This document shows, piece by piece, positions 44,401 to 54,200 of a stretch of DNA of 60,648 nt. The notes under the pieces were generated by a model, which saw only the letters and a program-made list of their open reading frames with translations, was not told the origin of the DNA and did not search any database. The DNA is from a virus. Taxonomy: Duplodnaviria; Caudoviricetes. The DNA lies in the IMG/VR virus record IMGVR_UViG_3300032266_000396, positions 1 through 60,648 of that record; one strand, written 5' to 3'. Both the position numbers and the translations under genes were made by a program. The first letter of the stretch is position 1. Each line of letters starts with the position of its first letter.

Positions 44401-46954
44401 TCCCTAAACCTCCTAAAGCCTCAGCAGAGATTTCTTTCCAATCAACTTTTTGTCCTGCCGATACCTGTGCCGCAAGTTCTCCTGTGGCTTCTGCCAAGGG
44501 GTCAAATATAGCACGTTCTGCTACTTGAGTACCTACTTTTGCAGCTCTGCTTGCAAGTATGCTTGTTGGCTTAAATACTTTACCGGCAAGGTTTCCTGAT
44601 AAGTAATCCACTACAGCAATTGGAATACCTCTTTTTATTCCTCTTTCACTTCCTTGTGCCCAAACAGCATCATCACTAAGACCTTCCGCTACTTGGTTCG
44701 GGTCATTTACATCATAACCTTTTTCTCTCATCACATCAAGTACAGAATTGGTATATTCCATAGCTAAACTCGTAGCCGCCATACCTGTTCTAAATCCTTG
44801 AACTGCTCCCGCAATAGCTCCACCCGGAGTAGATACTATCCCTGTTGGACCCGCAAGAAACCCTGTTGACCCAATAGCTGCTCCTGTTCCCGCTCCAACC
44901 GCTGTACTACCGGCTACTATCTTCATACCGTAAGGTAAGATTTGACTAAGACTTGTACCTGCCATAGTCAAAGCCAATTCAAAAGGATTATCTAAGAACA
45001 CATCAAATCCTTCGGCAGCCCCTGAGGCTTGTTGCCAACGAGACATTACTCTACTTTGTTTTCCTGACTGATTAGTTAGATTATCTACAATGATTCTTGC
45101 AGCCTCTTCTTTATCTGTTTTGCTATTCACATCCTTTATTCCTAATGTAAATGCCAATATCTGCTGTGCTGCATTTCCATTCTTATAAGCATCGCTTACA
45201 GCATTAGAAAATCCTGACCAATTGTCCTCAAACTCTCCTTGGATTTGTTTGTTTGCTTTTGCATCAAAATATGTTTTTGCATTCTCATATTTTTTTGCAG
45301 CATAATCCTGAGTTAGTTTTAAATCTTGGTAATTTTTAACCAACTCATCCTTCAAAGCCGCATCCTCAGAATTTTTAGGAACCACTGTATTTATTTTGTC
45401 AATAGATACACCAAAGCTATTTAAAGATTTTACATCAATATCAGCCTTCTGTTTCTTGGCATCTGCGTTAATTTTAGCAGCTTCTTGTGCTACTAAATTT
45501 GACTTCTTATCTAAGTACAGGTCAAAATCTTCTCTTGCTTTTTCAACTTTTCCCTCAGTAATAAAACCTGAATCAAAAACTTGACCTCGCAATGCTTCTT
45601 CTTGTTTTTTGTACTTTTCTATTAATTTGTCAGTATCTGAACGCATTTTACCATTAATAACAAGGTTAGGATATTTTTTTGCCTCAGGACCGCCTGCATA
45701 TCCTTTTTCCAAGAAGTCAACCATATCTCTAACTTTGATATACTCATCGTATGTTTTTTTATTGGACATATAGTCAATACCACGGGCTTTATAAAATTTG
45801 TCAGCTTCCAAATCTACAGGGCTAACATCTTTCCAAGAACCTTTAGCAAAAGCCTTGGCTTCTTTATCTGTATTGAAGTCAAATACCTCTCCTCTTTCTC
45901 TTGCTCTTTTTACAGCTTCTTTAAATGGAAGCTCCTCCCAAGTTTTTGGGTCCGAAGAATAGTTGTTTGGGTCTTTAGGGAATAGAGTAGGAACCACTTT
46001 ATATTTACCATCTTCTTCAAAAGAAGTAAACTTTACAGTAGATATAGTTCCATCAGGATTTAGCCTTCCGTTTTTACGAAGTTTTTGTGCTTGAACAGAT
46101 TTAGACAATAAGTCGCCTGTAATAGGTGCGGCTATAGGAACAGCGTTTTCGCTTATAAATGATTTTAATTTATTTGATGCTTCTACATCTCCTCCTGAAG
46201 TCCAATTATCTAAGTCAATCTCTATAGATTTTTTACCATCTAAAGTTTTTGCAATAATCTTATCAGTACCAAAGCCTGTTTCTTCAAAGTTAATTCCAAA
46301 CTTAGAAAATTTTTGTCTCAATGTAACTATGGCATCTTCCTCAGTTTTTGCTATAAGATTAGAATCTATTGCATTAAGAGATTTTAAAAACTCAGGAGCT
46401 GACTTTAAACTTTTATTTAAAGCCTTAGACTCTTTTTGTTGCCTAACTTCTTCTTCAGCCTCTAATCCTTGTCTTCTTTTGGTTTCCTGACTAATTGCAA
46501 CAGACTCTTTAAATTTCTTCTGTTGATTTTCAATGAATCTTTCTTGGTCTGTTTTATGAAAGTTAATTTTCTTTAAATCAGCCGCAGTAAAATTTTTCAT
46601 TTCAGGCATTGCCTGTTTTACCTCATCTCCAAAAGTTGAGGCTGTTCTTTTAGTAGGAGTAGTAGCCGATGAACCATCTTCCGAAGACGAATCCATAGTA
46701 GTTTTTTGGTCCTTTCGAGGCGTGTCTGATACCGAAAAAACTTTTTTTTTTGAAGCAACAGGTTGCCCACTAACCCCCATTAAAGTTTTATATTCGTCAA
46801 TGGTTTTAGTATATCCATCGCTTACAAAAGCATCATAAGAATCTTTTAGTGCGTTTGGATTAGTGGCTAATAATTTTTTATATTCTTCAAGGCTTTTTGT
46901 ATATCCTTGAGCAACGAATAAATCATACGAATCTTGGATTGCTTCTTCGTTCAT
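38459..46954 (-). CDS. Giant (2831 aa) internal virion / ejection protein
   Basis: Last gene of the structural arm; mostly helical, Gly/Ala-rich hydrophobic segment near aa 680-730. Confidence 0.65.
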   Translation of the reverse strand: MNEEAIQDSYDLFVAQGYTKSLEEYKKLLATNPNALKDSYDAFVSDGYTKTIDEYKTLMGVSGQPVASKKKVFSVSDTPRKDQKTTMDSSSEDGSSATTPTKRTASTFGDEVKQAMPEMKNFTAADLKKINFHKTDQERFIENQQKKFKESVAISQETKRRQGLEAEEEVRQQKESKALNKSLKSAPEFLKSLNAIDSNLIAKTEEDAIVTLRQKFSKFGINFEETGFGTDKIIAKTLDGKKSIEIDLDNWTSGGDVEASNKLKSFISENAVPIAAPITGDLLSKSVQAQKLRKNGRLNPDGTISTVKFTSFEEDGKYKVVPTLFPKDPNNYSSDPKTWEELPFKEAVKRARERGEVFDFNTDKEAKAFAKGSWKDVSPVDLEADKFYKARGIDYMSNKKTYDEYIKVRDMVDFLEKGYAGGPEAKKYPNLVINGKMRSDTDKLIEKYKKQEEALRGQVFDSGFITEGKVEKAREDFDLYLDKKSNLVAQEAAKINADAKKQKADIDVKSLNSFGVSIDKINTVVPKNSEDAALKDELVKNYQDLKLTQDYAAKKYENAKTYFDAKANKQIQGEFEDNWSGFSNAVSDAYKNGNAAQQILAFTLGIKDVNSKTDKEEAARIIVDNLTNQSGKQSRVMSRWQQASGAAEGFDVFLDNPFELALTMAGTSLSQILPYGMKIVAGSTAVGAGTGAAIGSTGFLAGPTGIVSTPGGAIAGAVQGFRTGMAATSLAMEYTNSVLDVMREKGYDVNDPNQVAEGLSDDAVWAQGSERGIKRGIPIAVVDYLSGNLAGKVFKPTSILASRAAKVGTQVAERAIFDPLAEATGELAAQVSAGQKVDWKEISAEALGGLGNNSSNMAINTYRGIKNNSNLEIANKLTDASFVGTESASDSRISSWANNMHQLGKIDADTNQRIQENVGLKRDAREALSVGENKNKIKPAVLVRTMELMSAKEELTSSTNRREIYSDKIKEINQELAVIADTKELAPEESSVDLSKTLGTTKKGVAEYMIDGVRYTKEQFIEKTEGMTARRLLRSALGVKNDQETGVKIQEIIKEKTNSQLTEDELSNLLNEEEDAIQEPTTNESVLRTKEAGVGLQGVVEGNTQPQAITEETITNAKPQEDLTIVESEDGFKIFNDKTNLYEEGTDERGIAPSYATREEAEAKLDEIVSSKTQPTTQTIGSDPNTSIDVVDDYNTMIKQFRDKNKEITVLVRDNEITNEEANSLKIELRKNLKQAQKIKENGQPTETVNVEAPKTTSVKDVSVLITPATVRGFNPITKKIKALSLKYDKLVKQFSKDKNPKVLEQIKKTESQITDVAKQEIIDAVADIKGVEVTFKDTNRGLWDGKFEPSFNMNLSISPDADTQKVSDMLYDFSEKYSQDAFILETESELHDEWINGNVDMPLTEFYDNDLMHYPKIIYTFAEPITDEQVADLSVSLENEGVDAFSINNNQVEVSVITFLPENNNLTKDEQYNEKLKDFQSKSSATANAIGQTLGSNALDGHNVIIKKSSYQGAINEGTEDQTRQYDRSNVLEAFQEPTTKVEETTSEEPTTKVEETTSEELGTQGLSEVELPGYDRMMSIVDGITQKVLKERGGTNERAFQAALDYLQQDSKVYENATDVQREALVRQLRKQFGIKEKSAPSVARILGRLRDIRKVIMTERVALNKQFKDQIRGGKYAVKAVKEATQTLIKEIRDLRKLGKINKIQEQAILNRLGNTNVLSEKSTRRLIDYVTKVYNNADYAQRLTDAQKLRKKIRSLSRDKTKDANLRDLAAKFGKLDPSLAKNIEVYNDMAAKIKEAVDGSKISGQKVRFANTVNIQDATEYINVEEKSQANIIRDERIADIQSLMGVDASTFTEAEMMALLEEDKPMTDKNEGIVRDTINTAFEIYSAMIQNSIDTGVDAFTGEEVEYTKREKEIISKFMAMDPKNMTTKNALAAVDALANFIENKSTASMDAVTSIYEGNNNTKIVLRKGIKAIALRKFFFKQLGRTFGEQTTNLNILFEKMFKGFNRGGVVQDLMGLTKLINRKAYAQTQSNNIINDYVKQFYNKDVRPNGQKFNTAENNTERGMAAFMIRNVIGTEQEMQIEFGRRKGLIDQSIAALRKGNEQEQKKAELYQKVYDKVIADANDIQGIKDNTDPKNLEAIYFWHKQWDNQFDRLADVALNVYNKNLDRDLNYSPDKYVRLESAPQDVDLTNSDSAFINNTNGVLYNKKTGVLMDTTGTNTLPMNGNKNVLSYIDLSFDRNNSNSMYDALVDIETAAPIRQVQAFLNSENFSKIVPNPEDAKLLTNRVQLYVANTRNKNPYSNDELSKAVRKLNKIATLGVGQALGGPTQVFKQFVPVAVNTWVNAGTFSLTASFNSDFNNWISQSGYAIANRGIESQAEVESINKLIEEAANSNAKRAMELIEEANRKWLKTFLVRPDVAVARASFKAYYEKSLKQQGKDYKNIDYSDHPLNETAANYAQRMVDRQQNVSDHDLAGSLFSSKETGKQVLTKIFMAFASFRMNQSSRLGADLSTLGYWNVSTKEDKIVAARSLAGYAAEMATFRAMSAGIAILTGYAAASMMGKGETDDEEKKRRDGVLKGQATSVVTDVFSPLPILDKIVQTGAANFLAGVQDALDMDEEDRLSLYSTKPEEFVKFLGMYGIAPDRAMQLFGMVKLWATGKYKDDFNKEHEISERDRKALGVLLGPAFLTNIGVFPPEIAGAIRGSIKMAKKKQTSRDEKLAKEDRELGKELLQGYENREDMKRYDPKLYEETFGEKSDWYENHIDEKEAKAIEKAKERDAKDDMNNYVPKDKKGFGSKEFGDKGLGESKSSKSSFGSKKFGQ
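42269..42340. repeat. 36-bp tandem duplication (EPTTKVEETTSE x2)
   Basis: 42269-42304 is identical to 42305-42340. Confidence 0.9.
43435..43450. repeat. 16-bp palindrome inside the giant protein gene
   Basis: Exact copy GTGTCTTTGAAGACAC; encodes VSSKT. Confidence 0.9.
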
Positions 46955-46959
46955 TTTTT

Positions 46960-48801
46960 TTAGTATTTAGCTGCGTTACCTGATTTTGTTAAAATTGTTT
47001 TTTTAGTGGCTGCCGGTGTATTTTTTTCTATCCACTCAATTACGTTAGCCATAGATGTATTGGCTTCATCCACTTCATCTGTATCATATCCTGTTTCAAA
47101 TTCATACTCTGCATCTCCTATTTTTAAGTTTACAGTATTATAAGGATTTGCACCTGAATTAGGCACAATTACAATTCCTGTTCCTTTGATTATTTTAGCA
47201 AGTTCGGCAGAAGCCTGTTTATCTTTCATATAAGCTAATCCAACTCCCGGTTTCCCGCTACCTTTTATTTTAGCTACTTTATTACTAAATTCAACTTCAG
47301 GGTCTTTAACTTCTGTTCTTCCGGCTTTTACATTTGAGAAATCTTTTTGAGAACCTTTCATTATCATATTAGGGTCTCCGCCTTTATTACGTTTCATTAC
47401 TTCTGCTACGTTATCAATACCGTGAACCTCATTACCAAGTTCATTCCATTGTCTTAATGTAATGGTATCAGGGTCGTAATCTACTGTACGGTTTTTAACA
47501 GCATCAGCATACTTGAATGTTAGTTTGCCCGGAACAGTTGTGTCAATATCTAATAATCCTCTTTCTTGAGCTATTTTAGTACCAAGTATTGTTTCAAATG
47601 CAGCTTTTTTACCCGCAGCAGTAGGCGATTTAAACGCATCTCCCCAAACTCCAAGTGCATTATCTTTTTCTTTTTGGTCGTCTTTTCTTTTCTTAGAGTC
47701 TTCAGACTCTTCATCTCTTGACACAGCACCTACAGCACTTGCTTCTTCTTTATAATCGTATTGTGCTCTCATTTGACCTCTAATGAAGTCGGCAGCATCT
47801 TTATCTTGCTCCTTAGTAAACTGCATAGCTCCCTGACCTGTGTTCGGGTCAATTACCTCTAATACCAAGTTTTGATTAGCGGCAGCTTCTTTAGGGTCAT
47901 TTGTTATATCATAAGGCTTTCCGTTAGGAGCTACTTTTGCGTGGTCTAAAAGTACAGATAATTTATCAAAAGGAGTACCTAAAACTGCTTGAATAGCATC
48001 ATTTTCTGCTGTTATAAATCTAAACAACTCTTGTTTTGTAGTAGGGTCTATATCGACTCTACTTGTAATATCTTCAACACTTTCTATTTTACCTTGTCTT
48101 GTAATACCTCCAAGTTTAATAGCAGTTTTCTTTTCTTCTCCCAAGTTATCTACAAAAGTTTTTACAGGAGCAGTATAGTCATACTTATCCCATTCTCCAA
48201 TAAGCATACCGTTTACCCAATCAACACTTGCTGTTTTTCCGGGTGCATCATCCATAGTAAATACTTTTTGCCCATTGATTATTTTTTCAGTCTTCATCCC
48301 GGACATTACCTTACCGTTTGGTGCAATAAATAAACCTGCTTTATTCCAATTACCAAATCCTTCTCCTTGTTCTCTTTTACGAGTCTCATACAAAGATGCT
48401 TTACCATCTCTATATCTCTGCATTGTATTGGCGTAATTTTCTTGATAAACTTTAAGTGCATTGAAAGCCAAGTCAGTACCATCATTAATATTTTGTCTAT
48501 TAATGGTGTACTCTTTTAAACTTATCTGACCTCTTTTTAAAAGGTTTTCTTGTATTCTAACATAGTTTGATGCTTGGTCTGCATATTCTAACGCTGCTGT
48601 TCTTGCACCTTTATGTTCTCCGTTTGGAGATTTAGCCAATTCGTTTAATGTTTCACGAGTAGCTTGGTCTATTGCGGCTTTCTTTTCTTCCCGAACACGA
48701 TTAGTTTCGGCAAGCATATCGCTCAGGTTTTTACCAACCTCAGCGTAATTTACCTGTGAATCTAATTCCCGTTCTGCATATTTATAGTAAGTTCCTGCCA
48801 T
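46960..48801 (-). CDS. Putative internal virion protein
   Basis: 613 aa, between the small ejection-like protein and the giant protein. Confidence 0.55.
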   Translation of the reverse strand: MAGTYYKYAERELDSQVNYAEVGKNLSDMLAETNRVREEKKAAIDQATRETLNELAKSPNGEHKGARTAALEYADQASNYVRIQENLLKRGQISLKEYTINRQNINDGTDLAFNALKVYQENYANTMQRYRDGKASLYETRKREQGEGFGNWNKAGLFIAPNGKVMSGMKTEKIINGQKVFTMDDAPGKTASVDWVNGMLIGEWDKYDYTAPVKTFVDNLGEEKKTAIKLGGITRQGKIESVEDITSRVDIDPTTKQELFRFITAENDAIQAVLGTPFDKLSVLLDHAKVAPNGKPYDITNDPKEAAANQNLVLEVIDPNTGQGAMQFTKEQDKDAADFIRGQMRAQYDYKEEASAVGAVSRDEESEDSKKRKDDQKEKDNALGVWGDAFKSPTAAGKKAAFETILGTKIAQERGLLDIDTTVPGKLTFKYADAVKNRTVDYDPDTITLRQWNELGNEVHGIDNVAEVMKRNKGGDPNMIMKGSQKDFSNVKAGRTEVKDPEVEFSNKVAKIKGSGKPGVGLAYMKDKQASAELAKIIKGTGIVIVPNSGANPYNTVNLKIGDAEYEFETGYDTDEVDEANTSMANVIEWIEKNTPAATKKTILTKSGNAAKY

Positions 48802-48809
48802 TTTTTATT

Positions 48810-49583
48810 TTATTTAGGGAATAATTGACTGTAGATGTCGTTCAATTGTGATTTTGGAAGTCCTGACATATAATCAGTAAATGCATCTCCTTTAAGTCCT
48901 CCAACACTTGATAGGTTTCCATATCCTGACTGAGAAGATAAACCTTGAACTTTATTTTGAAAATCAGCTTGAGATAAGCCTCCTGCTTTAGCACTTTCTT
49001 CAATTTTACCAAATGCTTTTGCTGAGCCTGATTTAGCAAACAATGGAACCATTGCCAATCCTTGTTGAAGCGTTGACGATACTCCTTGAAATCCTTCGCT
49101 TGTTGCTTGAGCTGATGCTCTTTCGGCATCTGCTGCTGCTTGTTGAGCACCTTCGACTTCTCCTAAATCTAATTGCACTCCTAAATCTCTTAAACGACTT
49201 TGTTCTGCTATTTGCTTATTTTCGATGTCTGTCATTTCAGCACCCATAGCTGTACGAATACCTGCTTGAGCTTCGTTCTGAGCCATTTGAACTTTACCTG
49301 CTGTAGTGGCTGCACCTCTTTCTGATTCAACTCCGGCTTGAATAGCCTGAGCACCTGCCGAGAGCATTGCTTCTCTTTGAAGTTCGTAAGGCTCTTTCTT
49401 AACAGCTAATTCGTCAGTATAGTTTATTTGAAGTTTTTTACGTGCTTCTGCCATTGCCTGTGCTGCTTTAGCCTCTGCATCTCTTTGTTTACCTTTTTGT
49501 TCTGCTGCTTGAGAAAAAGACATTGCTGTTGTTGTAGCTGATATTGCTAAACCTCCAATTGCTACTGCTGTTGCTACTCCCAT
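48810..49583 (-). CDS. Putative internal virion (pilot/ejection) protein
   Basis: Hydrophobic G/A N-terminus followed by A/Q-rich coiled coil. Confidence 0.55.
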   Translation of the reverse strand: MGVATAVAIGGLAISATTTAMSFSQAAEQKGKQRDAEAKAAQAMAEARKKLQINYTDELAVKKEPYELQREAMLSAGAQAIQAGVESERGAATTAGKVQMAQNEAQAGIRTAMGAEMTDIENKQIAEQSRLRDLGVQLDLGEVEGAQQAAADAERASAQATSEGFQGVSSTLQQGLAMVPLFAKSGSAKAFGKIEESAKAGGLSQADFQNKVQGLSSQSGYGNLSSVGGLKGDAFTDYMSGLPKSQLNDIYSQLFPK

Positions 49584-49584
49584 A

Positions 49585-49989
49585 TTATAATATTTTTATC
49601 ATTTCACTTGTATATCCTTCTCCTTTTGACCAACCTAAATCCTCATAGGTTTTTATAAGGCTTCTGTTTTTAATCAAAGCATATCCATATTTACTTCCTG
49701 TGTTCTTACAAATATTTGTAAGAGACTCTATCAATAATTTTATAGCTTCTCTTCTTTTATCTTTTATCCTGTACTCTTTATTGGATATAATCCAATCTAC
49801 CCAAGCCACTTTTGAATTTGTAATGTATATGAATCCTGCGCATATAGGCGTATCTCCATCGTAAACTATCACTCCTCCTTTACCATCATCGGGTAAAAAA
49901 TCTTTAGCAGGCGGTTCCCAATTCCATTGCTTCCACCATTCTACAAGAATATTTTCGTAATCAGTATCGTAAAGGTTTCTAATTTCCAT
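49585..49989 (-). CDS. GNAT-fold acetyltransferase-like protein
   Basis: IRNL..TDY..LVEWW...PICAGFIY...AWVDWIIS...LIKTYEDLGW; position comparable to T7 gp13. Confidence 0.55.
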   Translation of the reverse strand: MEIRNLYDTDYENILVEWWKQWNWEPPAKDFLPDDGKGGVIVYDGDTPICAGFIYITNSKVAWVDWIISNKEYRIKDKRREAIKLLIESLTNICKNTGSKYGYALIKNRSLIKTYEDLGWSKGEGYTSEMIKIL

Positions 49990-49996
49990 ATTGATA

Positions 49997-50004
49997 CAAA
50001 GATA
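49997..50004 (-). promoter_or_regulatory. -7 element TATCTTTG
   Basis: TAnnTTTG in a 21-bp gap, implying a very short leader. Confidence 0.45.
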
Positions 50005-50010
50005 TTAAAT

Positions 50011-50826
50011 TTAAGGGAAACTTTTCATTACATTCGATTCAGCTGCAAATAATTCTATTTTACTCGTATAATCGTTCTGAAGTGTAAATGTACAATAGTG
50101 TCCTAAAACTCCGTGAGATTCTGCAACTGAATTTTTGATATATAAGAAATAAGAAGTTTGTTCGGTTATAGGCGTTGTTCCCGGAATAGATGTGTTTATT
50201 GTTAATTGGTTTAATCCGTTTGGATAGTCAATTGAAATAGCCGTTACCTTACCTGCAAGTAAAGGTACAGTTGAAGGAGAATCAAAAAAATAAAGTAAAT
50301 CTCCAATACTAATTATATTACCTACAGCTACTAATGGTTCAATAGAGAATTTAATCACATTACCTCCTGTAACTTGATAACTTCTTCCGATACCATTTAA
50401 ACTCCTTAGTGCTAATTGTCCTATATCGTTATTCCTAACAAATGCAAAATAAGATTGTTCTTTTTTGCTAAACCAACCTTGCTCGATAAATCCTGAGAAT
50501 TGCAAATCAGTTTCTAAAGTAACACCCCAAGGCGCATCTCCTTGTATATTAATGGTTTTAAATAACTTGTTTTCAAGTACAGAGTTGTTGAATACACTCG
50601 TAATCAAAGATGGTGTATAAGCCCTTGGAGAGGGATTAAGTTCATCTACTTGATTCCACCAAGGTTGATAGAATGTATTTCTATTTTCATTTACATTGTG
50701 TTTATAAATATTTCCTCCTTTAAAAGTGTAGAAATAATTATTCATTCCAATCATCCAATCAGGATTATAAGAATAGTAAGATACCCAACCGGCAACTCCT
50801 TCGCTATATGATAAAGTATAATTCAT
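50011..50826 (-). CDS. Tail structural protein
   Basis: TLSYSE...GWVSYYSY.PDWMIG...YTFKGG; beta-rich. Confidence 0.6.
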   Translation of the reverse strand: MNYTLSYSEGVAGWVSYYSYNPDWMIGMNNYFYTFKGGNIYKHNVNENRNTFYQPWWNQVDELNPSPRAYTPSLITSVFNNSVLENKLFKTINIQGDAPWGVTLETDLQFSGFIEQGWFSKKEQSYFAFVRNNDIGQLALRSLNGIGRSYQVTGGNVIKFSIEPLVAVGNIISIGDLLYFFDSPSTVPLLAGKVTAISIDYPNGLNQLTINTSIPGTTPITEQTSYFLYIKNSVAESHGVLGHYCTFTLQNDYTSKIELFAAESNVMKSFP

Positions 50827-50829
50827 TTT

Positions 50830-51198
50830 TTATAAAATACAACTTGTTGAAATTAAACTAACGGTAACTCCGCCTGTTATAGATGTAATACTGCCTTGTT
50901 TAGCACAAAAATCTATTGTTTCTCCTGCCAAAACATTTATGAATGTTGACGCTCCTATACAGTCAGTATAATAAACAACACCTCCTGTGCCTCCTGCTAC
51001 AGCTTCATAAGTAACACAAGGACAGGTAGAAGAACAGGCTACTGAAGTTAAAAGAAACCCACCTACTTGTTGTCTTGATATTATTCCATCTGAATAAAAT
51101 CCATCAGGAGCTAATGTTAATAATGATGAATCCGAATATACTGATATAGCACTAGCAAAATCAGGTACGCTCATATAAAAAGTTGAACTTATTGCCAT
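50830..51198 (-). CDS. Small Cys-rich tail protein
   Basis: APDGFYSDGIISRQ...C repeat also present at the C-terminus of the 1558-aa protein. Confidence 0.55.
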   Translation of the reverse strand: MAISSTFYMSVPDFASAISVYSDSSLLTLAPDGFYSDGIISRQQVGGFLLTSVACSSTCPCVTYEAVAGGTGGVVYYTDCIGASTFINVLAGETIDFCAKQGSITSITGGVTVSLISTSCIL

Positions 51199-51209
51199 AT
51201 TTTTTTTAA

Positions 51210-54200
51210 TTAAATTGTATCACAATTACAACACACATCCAAAGCACTTTCTCCATAACATAAAGTTATTGCATAAAAACAAGGTTCGCAAGATTGCTGT
51301 GGTAATAAAACTCCATCTCTTAATTCTCTTACTATACCTCCTTGAGAATAAAATCCATTAGCAGATGGATAAATTAAATTTGCATCTTGAAATATACCTG
51401 TAGCTTCGCTAAAATTAGCTCCATTTAAGTAATAATTACCTAAAGCACAATCGCAACAAGGATTTCTATCATTATTTTCAACAAAACATAATTCAGTTAA
51501 TGTAGCTATTCTTAAATCCCAAATCAAATAAAGATATGTACTGCCTGTATAAGGAACTATAAAGTCTGTGTAATACAAAGGAGTTGAACCCGAATTAGGA
51601 GTAGCTACCGTAGAAAGACCTAATAAAGTATTTATATCTCCACTTGTATTATCATAAAATCTTCCGCTTTTTAAATATCTAAATTTATTTTTAGTTATAT
51701 TAAACACAAAATCATCAGGAAAAATAGCATTTGTAAATAATCTCATAGTACTAAAATTAGGAGGGAATCCTCCTGTTCCTACAGGTCCTGAAGTTATATT
51801 ATATCTCGATACAATAGGACTTACTGTTCCACTTGATAGCTGTACTAAATTGGATAAAAGAGGACCTATAAATGTATCATTTGTATATCTATACTGAGTA
51901 TGTATTGTTTGACCTGCCTCTGAATTGTTATTTACCACAACTTCAACTATATACAAAGTATCAGCAAGAGGACAACTTAATACTACTGAAACTACCATAT
52001 CTCCGGTATATCTTAAAGTAATAGTAGCTGTTTCTACAGATATGTTATCTTTATTAAAATTTCCACTTCCATTACTATTTACTAATCCTGAAGAAGTTGA
52101 ACTTCCATTATACTCAGTTAATATCTCAAGAGTCGCTCCTTCTTGAATATTTGTAAATATCCAATTTATAGCTGTTTGTCCAACAGAAGAGCCTAAATTA
52201 ACACAATAAACCAAATCTTTAATAGATTCAGAACCTATAGATAAATTAAAAGTTTGAGATGTTCCACAAGATATACATTGAGGAGTTACAGGTAATGGTT
52301 GGTCATTCATAGATAACACATACTCATTCATATAAGGGTCAAATCCTCCAAGCTTTTGATAATTGAATGATTCATTGAATTTATCTCTAAACCAAGTTCT
52401 CATATTTTGGTTTGATATAGCTGTCAACTGTTCATTTTGGTCTTCTCCTCCTTTGAGTTGAATAACGGCTCCACGTTTAGCATCTGTAAAAAATCTATCG
52501 TAACCCCACTGAACATAACTCTCAGGATTAAAACTAATACCATACTTTTCAGTACGTGCTATTTGCGTTCCTAATACTGCAGGAGTAGCTGTAATTATAC
52601 CTCCGGCACTTGCATCCGATAATAAGTTTTTCTCCGCTAAAACGTAAGATATTTTATCTTCTTGTAAAGTAAGTACATCGGTATTTCTACCATCCAATAA
52701 CATTATATCTCCGAATGATGCTTCGCAATGTTTGAAGTTTGATAACCCCATATTAAACTCGTTGAGTTTATTTATATTACTCTCTCCGTTATAAATTCCG
52801 CTATAAGTAATATCAGAGAATCTATCAGCTTCTTTATAGTCTTGAGCAGCAACAGTAGTAACTCTTTCTCCAAAATTAAAAGACCTGCCTATAATTGAAT
52901 CACGTATCTTATAACTTTCTGCTCCATTTCCAAAAGCAAAACAATTGTAAAACCCTGTATCTATAATTGCAGCTTGTCCTATATTAATATCTTGATTTTG
53001 AATATTTCCTTCGTGATTACCATTGGCATCAATAGGAAGAGATAAATTGTTTTCAAAAAACACATCAGGCAAAGCATCAGATGGTTGAGTTTCAAATATA
53101 ATAGTACTTATAGCTCTATAAACTGTAAATTGCATATCAACAAACCATCTTCTATTATCAGCAGAAGCTCCTGAACAAGCCCACCCTGTAGTACAATTAA
53201 GCCAAAGTCTATTAGTAACAGGGTCTCTCTCAAATCTAAGATACATTGTATTAAAACTACATAACCCCGGAGCTCCCAAACCCGGTATGTATTCAAAAGC
53301 AGCTCCTCCACATACGGTATTAGAAGGACTTTCTAATGTAACAGATACATTATCTCCATTCCACCAATCATACATATTATCATAATCTCTTGAGGCGATA
53401 AATTGAGTACTAAATACGGCTTGTTGACATTCACAACTACTTCCAGTTCCTAATCTATTACCGTCTATAAAAATTTTTATTCTACTTCCTGCAGGAATAG
53501 AATAGTCTTCATATTCCCAAAGTGGATGCAAAGGGTCATATCCTACAGTTCTTTTAAGATTCATAGGATATTGCCCTAAAGGGCAACTATGGTCTCCAAT
53601 ACCTGCATAAACAAGAGGTCTTTCTAACCCCGGAGATACAATTGCATCAGGGTCTATAACAAGATTAAAAGAACTAGGGTTTAGTTTTATATAAAGTCCT
53701 GCTATTACAGTTACATTCTCTTTTGGAGTTATAAAATTATCCGCTTGAGATGTTTTCTCAAGAACAGTTGTGTATGTACAATTTATAGTAGGACCTGATG
53801 TGTCAGACTTAACCACTAATCTATCTCCGGTCTCAACTTTTCTCATATTCTCTCCCTCAATAAGAAACCAAACATTATTAGTATTAGGGTCTGTAAAAAA
53901 AATATTTGAGTAAATTGTTTCGTAATTCTCGTTATCAGGTTTGATTACAAATTTATACCTTGTAGCCCAAACAGGAGCCCTTTGAGTAGCAGGTATTGTA
54001 ACTTGTATTGAGTTCTTGTTTGCAGAATTACCACAAGGTACAAATACTGTGTTGTTAAGACTCACTAATGCTGTAGTAGAACGATTAAATTCATCCATAT
54101 ATACGATACCAACCTCATATCCTCTATTGCTATGCAAACTTGAAGGATTAGCTATTTCTTGATATACAGCTTTTGCAAACGTAAAAGAATAATACTCATA

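Noticed and set aside
38459-46954. Giant protein as a crAss-like virion RNA polymerase
   Set aside because: No DxDxD catalytic motif in a suitable context (DFDLY only), and early genes have host-type promoters
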